Assembly: GCA_965153455.1 (NCBI GenBank)
Contig: OZ234493.1
Location: forward strand, 12,266,213-12,330,212
Length of the DNA: 64,000 bases
Direction: 5' to 3'
DNA from: Sphagnum compactum
Lineage: Eukaryota
The notes beneath the pieces were generated by a model. That model had not been told where the DNA came from, searched no databases, and worked only from the letters and a program-made list of their open reading frames with translations. Both the position numbers and the translations under genes were made by a program. Below are positions 44,401 to 54,932 of the stretch, piece after piece (the stretch's first letter is position 1; each line of letters begins with the position of its first letter).

Positions 44401-47400
44401 GTTACCTTGCATCTTCAGACAAAGTCCTACTTGAGTAAACTACGCAGGATGGCATCCTGCCTGAATTCATACATAATTTTTCTACATCCTTACCCACCTC
44501 AACTCCTGGAATAGAGAGGTTTGTCAAGCAACTGAGAAAATAACTTCTATTTGCATATGCAGCAGTGCATCATGACCACCAGTTGCTTGCATGTAGCAAA
44601 GGGCATGTGCAATATGCATAGATATAGCAAAACCAAACTGTAATATCCCAGAATGATTTTGGAGAGGTACAGTAATGGTGTATACAAGGAACCATATTTC
44701 CCAATTTCCAGCAACATAGGGACTAACCTATTATGCTTCACAACACATCAAGGTTCTGAGATGATTAGTGTACTGATGGAGTCACAAAGTCTCAGAGGTT
44801 GACTCCATCCCTAGGAGGTTGAGAACCCAAGTTTAATTGCTTCATCTTCTTTGTTAACTATCTAGAGGGCCGGTCACCCATGGACAAGACCAGCAGATGC
44901 TCTGCAGCTGTGCCACCAGTATGGCCCACACCATTTCAACCTCACCTGGACTCCAGGGCCCTCAAGGAGCACAATTTTCTTCTATGGACTTCTATGCACA
45001 AGTTGTTTGCTTGAAGTTACCATGACCAATTCGTCATTTCTTGAAAAAAGAACAGAATCCTTGGAGCAAAAAGGAGGAGAAAAATTTGTGAAGAACACGA
45101 TACATTTTTGGGCTTCTTTGGCAACCCCTAATTTGGGTCTTCCATCATCAATCCTGATAAGAAAAGGCCTTCTTGAGTCACAAACAATGATACAGTTGGA
45201 ATGAAATGAATCGTGGAAGAATGGACTGATGAGTGAAAGTGGTACTAATAAGGGAGTTCTCATAAGAGTGAGGAATACCAGATTGTGACTCATCAATAAG
45301 TCCACACTCCAAAAATACTCAGTGATTCATGTAGTACATTGAATTCCAGAAAATTACATGAACCAACCAGGTGTCTGAATTGGTCACTTTATGTTCCAGA
45401 TATTCACATGAAGATGAATAAGAAGGTACTTCTTGGATAGCCAAGTGCAAAAGTAAACTGAATCTAAAGGGCAGTGGACTGATTGAAGAGTCCCTAAGCA
45501 GAGTAGTTTAATATACAACGAGCAACTGCATTGAAAGGTAACACTGTATTGAAAATGAGGGGGTTGTGACATAGATGAGCCAAATGAGGGAGGAAGCACA
45601 GGAAAGAAAAAGGGTCTGAAAGCTTGAATCGGAAAACAAAAAGTGTGAAACCAATGATCACCTGGGTGGACTTAGAGGATGAGGCTGATGATCTCCTATA
45701 CATGGAGTTAGAGGATGAGAGCCAAAAGACTGAATCTGCTTTGGAAGACACAAAAGTCTGTGATGATCCCCCAATGCTGCAAAGCACACTTCATGACCAA
45801 AGAGTTTTAAGTACTGAACTGGATAATGACCAGATGACACAGCATAGTCCAGTGGATGTAGATATGGCTGCCGGACATGCTTCAGAGGACCATGCAACAA
45901 AACAAAAATGTGTCCAATGAGAAAAACCAATCAAGGCAGACTATGGATACGACTGAAGATGATGCAGGCATTTATGTCACAGCAACACCAGCCAAGACCA
46001 GTAAGAACATCTCAGAAGGATCTCATAAAGAGGGTGAGAAAGGTAATGATGAAGTAAATAGAATTCTGGAGCTTGAGTTGAGGGTGAGACAGATGGAGCG
46101 TGAACTGAAAGAGAAAGATGCAAAGCTACGACAAGAAGCTGCAGTTGAGCAAGAGAGAATTGAGATGCTTGAAAAGAGGGTTCTTGGAAAGTTCAAGGCC
46201 ATTGATGCTGGAACGAGAGCAGCGAAGACAAAATCTGAGGGAGGAAGCACATGAAAGAAAAAGGGTCTGAAAGCTATGAATCGGTTGACAAAAAATGTGA
46301 AACCAATGATCACCCTTGGATCAGCAAACATGTCAAAACTCAACAGGCCTAAACATGTAACACAATTGAGGTGGGTGGGCTGAATAATTCATGCTCACCT
46401 CCCAATATGGCAGACCCCAGAATGCACATAAACGCTTCATCCCACTGCTTCTCGATGGACACCCTTTTGCCCCCAACACATTTCCTGCAGCCACCCACTT
46501 TTCAGTGGCGTGGGCTTGTCTTTTCGCCTCAGCAGCTGTTATTAGATCTGGCCTTCCCCTTAACTCCTCATGACCATTAAAATGTTGGGCAATGGGATGA
46601 ATTCTGTATGGGTGATTTTGATTCAGCCACCTTCGATTTCCTTCAAACACTACCTTTCCCAACTCCTTTGACCATCGACTAGTTGTCCCTGATCCACATG
46701 GAGGGCATGCTTTGTAACCCTGATGTTGGCATCCAGAAACTAAGCCATACTCGGGAAAATCATGAATCGTCCACATCAATATGGCCCTCATTAAAAATTG
46801 CCTTCTACCTATAGGTTGTAGTATGTCAAGCCCTCTAACCCCCTCCCATAATTCTTGGAGTTCTTCAATTAGAGGACTTATTAGGACATCAAAGTTTGCA
46901 CTCTTAACACTCTCAGGCCCTGGAATTATGATAGATAAGAGCATGAAGAACTTCTTTGTGACTAGCCATGGTGGGAGGTTATAGATAGGAGTAATACTGG
47001 CCAAGTGGACCAAGCATTTTTTTTGTCCCCAAAGGGTTCACCCCATCGGTGGCCAAACCTAGTCTTACATTTCTAGGTTCAATTGCAAAATCAGGCCATG
47101 TATTATCAATGTGTTGCCATGCTTTGCTGTCAGGCACATGGCGAACTTTCCCATCTGTGCTCTTGTTTCTAGCATGCCATGTCATCATCTCTGATGTCTG
47201 TCGAGCTCGGTACATACGTAGCAACCGAGGAATTAAGGGGAAGTGCCGCAGAACTTTTTGTGGAACAAGAGACGTGCCAAATTTCTTGTACCGAGTAGCC
47301 CCGCACTTTGGACAAGCCTCCAATGTAGAATACTGCTTCCGAAATAAAATGCAACCATTCACACATGCATGGATGTGCTTGTAGTCTAGGCCTACTTTCC

Positions 47401-48205
47401 TAGTAAGGCTCTTAGCTGCATACATGCTAGGTGGTAGAAGGTTATCCTTTGGCAGTAGGTGCTTATGAAGGAGTGCTAATAACTCATCCATGAACTTGTT
47501 GGATACGCCATGCACTGTGCAAACATTCATCAACAGTAATGTTGATGCTAGCTTCGTGCACCTTGCACCATTGTACAAAGGCTGACATGCTTCCCGTAGA
47601 CAATTGGCCTCAGTTGAGATGTCATCATCACTTGCTACTAATGGGGGCCCTGTTTCACCTAGTCCCATGTCATTGTCCACACCCCCCTGTCCCCTATCAT
47701 GGTTATTTTGGTCGGGCATGCTTTCAGGCAATGCTGCTAACTCTTCCATGATCTTGATGGCATTCTGCACCATGCCTGTTACCTCCATTCCCTCTACATT
47801 ATGGTCTGAAGACAAGTTTGTAACCCTCTCACCCTCATGTTTTTCCTCTGGCATTTGGAATAGGTCATCCAAAAGTTGGTTCACATTCACAGCCTCATCC
47901 ACTACCTGCACCTCCACCTCTATTCCCATTGGGTTTACTACTGCCCTGCTTGCTTCAACCCACTCTTCATCAGAGTGGTCAGTTGGGCCTGGGCCTTTCC
48001 ACACTCTAAATAGTGGATGCCTCCCATTTAGGATTAGGTGGTTTCTAACTGTCCTAAGTAAAACCATTCTGCCCATTCCTTCACATTTGGCGCATGGACA
48101 CCGCATCTTGTCCACCCCATGTTGTGTGGCCCATGTGAGCTCCCGCTTCCACAACTTGTCATCCCTTGCTTTTTGCCTTCTTGGGTCATCCAAAGGCATT
48201 GACAT
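41452..48205 (-). pseudogene. CACTA TnpD/Tnp2-like transposase (transposase-associated, Transposase_21, DUF4218, DUF4216 regions), decayed
   Basis: MRCPCAKC..HLILNG, IHACVNGCILF..CPKCG..RY, LRHFPLIPRL, EPRNVRLGLATDGVNP, YNLPPWL, WTIHDFPEYG, LPYWE|HLLIRHTLDVMHIEKNVC, KSHDWH, GPVHTRWMYPIER, LFKCDW, DEPYVFPAQ. Intron 46398-43349 and a short one at about 42450-42313; frameshifts at about 47031, 46989 and 42879; stops at 42588 and 41716. Confidence 0.93.
43659..46124 (+). repeat. 463-bp dispersed direct duplication (43659-44121 and 45662-46124) inside the transposase intron
   Basis: Near-identical copies at a constant offset of 2003, encoding WVDLEDEADDLL..ELKEKDA; a second block of about 80 bp (45581-45662) matches 46230-46314. 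Confidence 0.92.
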
Positions 48206-48939
48206 TATGTCTTCCCTCAAATAATGATGGAATGACAAGAAATCTTGACCAGAACTCCTTCACAGTAAGTGGCAAAATTGGACAACATCACACTGTTATG
48301 AAACCAGGAAATGATAACTTGCACTCAGATATCCAATCAGGTAAATCCTAATTGCAAGCTTTCAGATAAAATCTTCAAACTGCTAGAGTCTTGACAATGA
48401 AATGTATGAATGTGGTTCCATGGACAATCTCCACCAAATCGTGCAACGTAACAAAACAAATGTTGTGTCTTTTCCAGCCTGTGAGTACCATAATCATCAT
48501 CATCCTCTTCACTGTGAATGGCAATGGGTACAATTAAATAGATGATAATATGCTCACACCTCGTGCAAAATTTCGGAAAAGCAGATCAAAGATACATACT
48601 CAAGTGATCAAGAGCTGAAGGAGGCATGACCCCTGAAATGCAACCACAGCCACCAATCACCAAATAGAACATTGAAAACACATCCATTAGCTCCCTCTGT
48701 CACAAAGTGGAGATCAATTCCAGACAAAAATCTTTCCTTCCATTGACCTCAATTCATCACAAAAGTCTTATACAACTGTGCATCTCTTACCTTTATCTCC
48801 ATTTTCAACATGTGGCTGTCACCTACATTCCAAGGACAGGTTTTGCATGTGAAATGGCTTTCAAGAGGGGTTCCTCATGTTGTGCTAGTTGATACGTTGG
48901 TCTTGCAAGTCTTGCATCTCTTAGAGGTCATCTGATCTA

Positions 48940-50029
48940 TGATGATACATCCGAGGCAGCTGAGGAATTAGATAGATCCAACAATGTGTCCGATGGAAAA
49001 TTTGATATGGCAGAAGATGAGAGAGTTGCTGAAGCAGTCATGGGAGAAGTCAATCTCCGTAAGCAGGAAGAGGACATAGCTGGTGAATCGGCTGCTGCTG
49101 CTGCCCACATGTCCCCTCTTTTTGAAACTAGACCTGCTCCAACTCTACAGCATAAGCTTGCATTTCCTGCAGAAGAGCCAAAGTTGGAAGAGATTGAAGG
49201 ACAAGGGTTACATCTGAATTGTCTTGATGAACTTTGTACATCTCTTGAAGCTGAAAATTGTGATACAGTTATGTCAGTGGGAACACTGGACATCTCTGAG
49301 GGGCTCCTCCCTGAGAGGAATCTGGAGATGCCAGGGGATGACAGAACTAAAACTGAGGTAAATTAGAAGGAGCAGAGACCTTGTGAGGAACAAACTATGG
49401 TCTTTGCAGTTGACACCAATCACCCAGTTGCTTCAAAGCAGATGCTAGACAATGCAGGGGATTACCCAGTGGAAACTTCTGAGAAACAAGAAGATGAGAG
49501 CTCTGGAGACACATCTGCTGAGGTGTCCCTGAATTTCAATCCAAGTCATGCTCCAACTATGCAGGAGAATTTTGTGGTCCCTGCAAAGGAGTTGGTGACA
49601 GTTGATGGTGTGGGTGAATATGTGCATCTTAATGTTCCAATTCTTCCTTTCTCTGTTGCCTCAGATAACGAGGTAGAGTAGTTGGATTATGAGAACTATC
49701 CAGTATCTCGAAATGGAACCTGTAATGCTACAGAACAGCTAGAAGAACTAGCTAAGACAGAAGGATCACAAGGGGTCAATGATTTGGATGAAGAAAAAAC
49801 CAGATTACCTACTGGCGAAGGTACCCACTTGAACTCTTGTATGAAGACATTACATGCTCCAAGCATGCAAGAGAGTTGTGCATATCAGGCAATGAAGATA
49901 GCTTCAAAGAAAGATTCAGGTGAATCAGTGGATTTGCAGTCCAGCCACACTCTATTGGGTACCTCACCTGCTGCAACTGGAGACAATGAAGAGGAGACAA
50001 CAAGTGGGGAATTGATATTTCCAAACTAG
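48940..50029 (+). pseudogene. Decayed 1.1-kb acidic, low-complexity reading frame (unidentified captured fragment)
   Basis: ORFs 48986-49366, 49397-49681 and 49682-50029 share one frame, separated only by TAG stops. Confidence 0.6.
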
Positions 50030-50339
50030 ATGTAAAGAACACGCTAGGGTGAAATCAGATACAGTTTAGGGTTCATGAATGACCTTGTCTATGAATGAGG
50101 CTGAGTAGCATCAGTAGTTCTGCTCAAATGGTGCCGAGGGGTACAACATTCCACACTCGTAATAAAACTTCACATCAAGTAGCCAACGAAGGCATACAAA
50201 GTTAGAAATCTTGTGCAAGCAATCTTCTACATATTCTTTTGTCCCCATACAAACAAATGCCTAACACCTACTTGTTATATGTTGGTGATCGATATGATGT
50301 TTTAGGTCTAGATAGCACGAGGGGCAGGACAAGCAACTT

Positions 50340-52062
50340 GGGTGCCAAGACAAGGTGGCCTTGGGCATCACAAAGGGAGGCAGCGGAGGAGTCGGTGAGC
50401 AGCAACAGAGGAGGAGGCTCATACGACTCCGACAACCTCTCTCTGTTTGTGAGCGATCTCTCCGACATTTGCAAGGAATTGGTAGGGTCTTCAGAAGAAC
50501 ATACGTCTTTCGCTGTTGCAATTCTGTTCGATGAAGAGATTGGCGTTTTCAGTATTCTGGAATGCATCATGCGAATCCGCGACAAGAGTGTTGCAAAAGC
50601 CCGTGAAGACTGTTTGAAATTCGTTGAAGCTTTTGTCAAGCAAATTGGAGGACGTGCTCTTCCCCATGTAGCATTTCTGAAGGTGAGTGAGTGAATGAAA
50701 TGCGTTTCTTCTTCTTCTTTTGCTTTTTTTTGTTTTTGTGTTTTAGGGTGTAGGGTTCTGAAAACGAAGAATTCTTGGTGCTTTTGTTTATTAACAGTGT
50801 GGCTGATGGGTGGGTGGGTGGCTGTCTGTCTCTGTCTAATATGCCTTCTTGCTCACGAGGAACATTGTTTAAGAATTTTCCGGAGAGATGATGTCAAAGG
50901 TGTCCAAGCAGCAGCATTGAAGCCCCTTACTGTGCTGCTGGAATGGAACATTTTGCACTCGAAGCAGCCTCCCAACTTCTCGGTGGATTGGGGACTTACC
51001 AATGTGCTGATTGTTGAGTTTCGGCAAGCAAAATCACATGGAACATGTGCTTGAAAACAGTTCTCACCCTTTTTTCCTGTTTTCAAGATCTATGTACACA
51101 TGATGTTGATGATGTAGGTTCCCATCAGTCCTCTTGCTATGGTGAATCAATCAATGAATTCGTTAAAATCAGATCTATTCTTGTATTCCTTGTGGTGAGT
51201 TTTTCTCATCATCATCAAAGGTAACGTCTGCTGCTTTTTCAGCCTCTTCATTGTAGTAACTTCATCAGTATCTTCTTCTTCTTCTTCTTCTTCCTCCTCC
51301 TCCTTCTCCTCATTTTCCTCCTCTTTTATGTCTTCCTCTTTGTGTAAAGTGATTGTGCTCCATTTTGGAAGAAGAAGGTGGAGAACATAAGACAACACCC
51401 TGATGATTCCTTTATAATTTGCCATTGTTATGATGAGCTGAGCCCAATTTCAATACCTGGAAGAAAGTGGGTGGTTTTTCTTAAACCCTTTTGTGTGCAT
51501 GTGGTGGTGGGGGGGGATCTTGTAGTGAGATCGCACATTATTGTGCTGCTTAGGTACTTGGTTGAGAGTTTCAAGACTGCATTCAGTGAGGACCAGGTGA
51601 ACCAACTCTTGCAGCTTTATATGAACACACTGGAAGCACAGTTACAACAACCCTCGCACACACTCCTGGTAGGAGCAATGAAGTGTCTTGACTCGCTGCT
51701 CACTTGGTTTGTGAGCAGCGAGTCAAGACATTTCATTGCTCCTGCTAGGAGCGTGTTGGTTTGATGATGAACTTCCTGCAGGAGGTAACAATATGTGCAA
51801 TTGGTAATTGGTGGTTTTATTTTCTTTTGGGGGGACATGGGGGGACATGTTCACAATTTTCCCTTGTGCATAGGGTGTTGGGGTTGTCCTGTTGGGAAGC
51901 TGTCTCTTCATTTGGACCATGCACAGATAGATGGATATCTGAGAAGAAATGGTGGGCTTCAACAACTTGCAGGTTCTGTAGTGAATTCACGGAGGTGCTT
52001 TGAATATATTGAGCAAGTATTATGGCCTCGTGAAGACCTAAAGAGATACGAGGTGTTGAGAG
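50340..52062 (+). pseudogene. PRKDC: N-terminal fragment of DNA-dependent protein kinase catalytic subunit (4 exons with introns)
   Basis: Exons about 50340-50682, 50860-51046, 51526-51784, 51973-52062: LFDEEIGVF..AREDCLKFVEAFVKQIG..HVAFLKEHCLRIFRRD..AALKPL..LLVGAMKCLDSLL..SRRCFEYIEQVLWPREDLKRYEV. This follows the order of the DNA-PKcs N-terminus as I recall it (CREEILKFL..LAGCLKGLSSLL..SREIFNFV..IDLKRYAV). The 5' start is uncertain. Confidence 0.8.
51658..51756. repeat. 46-bp-arm fold-back (hairpin) within DNA-PKcs exon 3
   Basis: 51658-51703 pairs with 51711-51756 around a 7-nt loop TTGGTTT; 42 Watson-Crick pairs, 3 G:U and 1 mismatch on the + strand. Confidence 0.95.
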
Positions 52063-53381
52063 GTATATCCTTGCACACTATTCGAATTTCCCGCTACACG
52101 ATTTCCCTTTTGGAGTTGCATGCAAGAGAAGTTGTAGAGATTTTTCTCATCTTTTAAGTAACTGCAAATTTGGACTCTCAAGCTGTGTGGATTTTAAGTT
52201 ATGTAGCTCTTCTCCTTAGATTGTTTGGTCTTCTTCTGTTTCAGGTTTTGTTGAGCTTTGCTTTCTTCTTGGGTTTTTGGTTTTCCCCTTCTCTTTTAGG
52301 TTTTGTTTAGCCATGCAGCACGATGGCTGAGTTAGTCCATTACTGCCAAACGTTTCTTCTGATAGAATGTTAGTACACTGGCTAACGTTTGACCTTAACC
52401 TCCACCTATTACTAAGAGTTGATGAAGGCAATGGGGATGTTCTGGTAGGTGTTCAATTCCATACATGTTGCTATTGAAGGTACTTGAACATGCATATGAA
52501 CAGCCATTGTTGTTCAAACTGCTCCTCAGTTTTGGTTTTGGTCTTGTTTTTCTCATTTCTTAGGCTTGGTGTTCTTCGTTCATGCCGCTATTGGTTGCTG
52601 TCATGTTATCAAATTTGAAAATTTGAAATGTCGACAGCTAAATTTCAGTGGATTTTCTTCATTTGCCATCTTTAGAATTAAGCACGAAATTTAGTACTGA
52701 ATTGGTAGCACTCTTGGTTTGAGGCAACAATCAGCCATTCTAATTGACTACTGTTTATGAAAATTGGAGAGCTTTTGACTTAGTTAAATGCATTGCAATA
52801 CTTTGAGAGCCCCTTCAAATATTGTGAATCCATGCTGAACAATCTAATCAACCTTTTTTTTGCCTCCCTGGTCCTGAAATGCAGTTGCAAAGAAGGAAGG
52901 GTATTCATGAAGCTGAGCAGGTTTGGCTCAGGCTACTTTTTTTGGCTGCACACGCTACCCTACCTGTTCTAAACCTTCCTTCAACAAGGCACAAGCAATA
53001 TCTGTTTTAACAAAGAGAAATAGGCATGCTTTCAGCTGAAAGTTGAAAGTTTATTATACCTTGATATTGGGTGATAGCTGGGAAAAGTAGAGGTTTGTGT
53101 TTCTACAAAGTTTATTTTCCTTGACAATTGTTGGTTGCTGCTTTGAGGTAATGTCCCTTGCTTTATAGAATTGTTGTGGAGTAGTTTGGCAAGGCTTGAG
53201 AAGGGCCTGAGGTCTGACCCAGCTGCCAGACTAGTGTGTGGCTATGTTTTCTGTTTTGCTGGTCCCATGAAGCCTGCAGCAAACCTAAGACTCCTACTGT
53301 GTTCCATCCACTATTTGAAGTTGATGTTGCACCTAAGTGCTTGTTCTGTAGTATTTAATAGATATTTCTGGTGGATTGCAG

Positions 53382-53706
53382 GTAATGGTGCCCTATATGT
53401 ACGAATAGTTCATCAGCAACTTGACATATGAGGTCAAAAGCGGGAACATCCCAGTGTCACGGAGTGATGATGTTGTTGCCAGAATTCTTCTGGTCAAATT
53501 TGAAACAGGTCTCTTTGAGGACCCTTATGCCAACAAGGGGCTTAAATCATTTATTGGCCAGCAAGTAATCACCTGCCCTCATGATTCATGAATTCAAGGA
53601 ATTGCAATAGTTTGTACTTATGCCCAACATTGGTCCACAATTGCTTAACCTTATCGTTGGAGTATGCAGAAGCACATAGATCATTAGCCCGTGAAGTAGT
53701 TAGAAG
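53382..53706 (+). pseudogene. Internal fragment of a glycoside hydrolase family 3 beta-glucosidase (one exon, an intron and part of the next exon)
   Basis: 53382-53564: [49 protein letters not shown]; after an intron, AHRSLAREVVR. Matches the plant GH3 consensus IPMSRIDDAV.RILRVKF..GLFE.P..EHR.LAREAVRKS. Confidence 0.85.
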
Positions 53707-54130
53707 CAATAGCCTCTCTCATATAACCAAACAATCTCCAAGCTTACGGAAGCTACCATGGTGGAGAAAGGCAGAGAAAGAGATGGGAATAAGGATTTGG
53801 GAAAGTTTGCTATACCAAGAGACTTCAGTGGAACATATTGTGAAGCAGATCTTCTAAACAAATTTCAGAACAAAGTCAAAGGACATCTTCTGCTTTGCCA
53901 TAGACCAACTCACAAGACTTCTCTCTTGCTTTCTCTCTGATGAGTAATTCAAGCTTGCTGTGAAAATGTCATTCACATAGTGTCTGTCAACCTGTACATA
54001 GAAGCTCCTTTTTGTGCAATCAATATTGCTCTTCATTGAGGACCATACAATCAAAATTTGAGTTGACACAAAGGCTGAACTGCTAATGCAATTCTTTGTG
54101 CAACAAGATGCCATAATGTAGCAAAGAAGG

Positions 54131-54252
54131 ATGTGACCATTAGGAGCTCAGATATTGAAAACTACAAACAAGAAAATGTGACCACCAGGAGCTCATGTAC
54201 TGAAAACTGCAAACAAGAAAATGTGACCATCAGGAGCTCATGTATTGAAAAC
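54131..54252. repeat. 45-bp tandem repeat (about 2.7 copies)
   Basis: ATGTGACCA..AGGAGCTCA..TA.TGAAAAC..CAAACAAGAAA starting at 54131, 54176 and 54221. Confidence 0.88.
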
Positions 54253-54932
54253 AGTATGTAGAGCTGAGTAAACCGGAACATCACATGCACATATCATGAT
54301 GAAGTGTTATGCGCATATGCACTTTCTTGTAGAAACTTTCAAAGGATTGCATTTGAAGATGTGCAGGTGCAAGAGTATAATGCAGGGAAACAAAATTTGA
54401 AAGGGAAGATGAAAGAAACTTTCACCATGGGTGGGTGGCTAATACTACTCTTTGAAATCATCCTTGTCATTTGCCGGAACCGGTCTGTTTCTCCAATTTA
54501 TTTGCCAAGTATTGATTTTTGAACTAGCTCTAAACTCACACATTTCATATACTGATGAACTACAAACTGCTACAAACTGCATGAACTTTACAGACTAAAA
54601 AATCAGAAGTATCAGCCTAATGTGCAAAACATGCTCCTTGTTAGGCTCTTATTCACACCCTTGTAAAGAAATAAAATTGGTTACAACTATCTAAAAGGTA
54701 CCCCATAATAAATGAGGGTTTGTACTACACTGGGGAATTTGCAGCTACTAAATGCTTGTGTGTGGGCTCAACATGTTCAAGTTCAAACTGCAAAGGTTGT
54801 CAGGCTTTCCCTAAAAACCAACTTTTCTAGACTTGGAAGAGTAGAAGCATTGGGGAGGCTTGTGGCATACCATAACAATTAGCATTTCTAAGGCAAGACC
54901 AACATAAGGCTAGTTGTTTGAGTAAGGTACAG

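Noticed and set aside
47604-48224. 206-aa plus-strand ORF (and similar antisense ORFs such as 59125-59679)
   Set aside because: Shadow frames of the transposon genes on the opposite strand.
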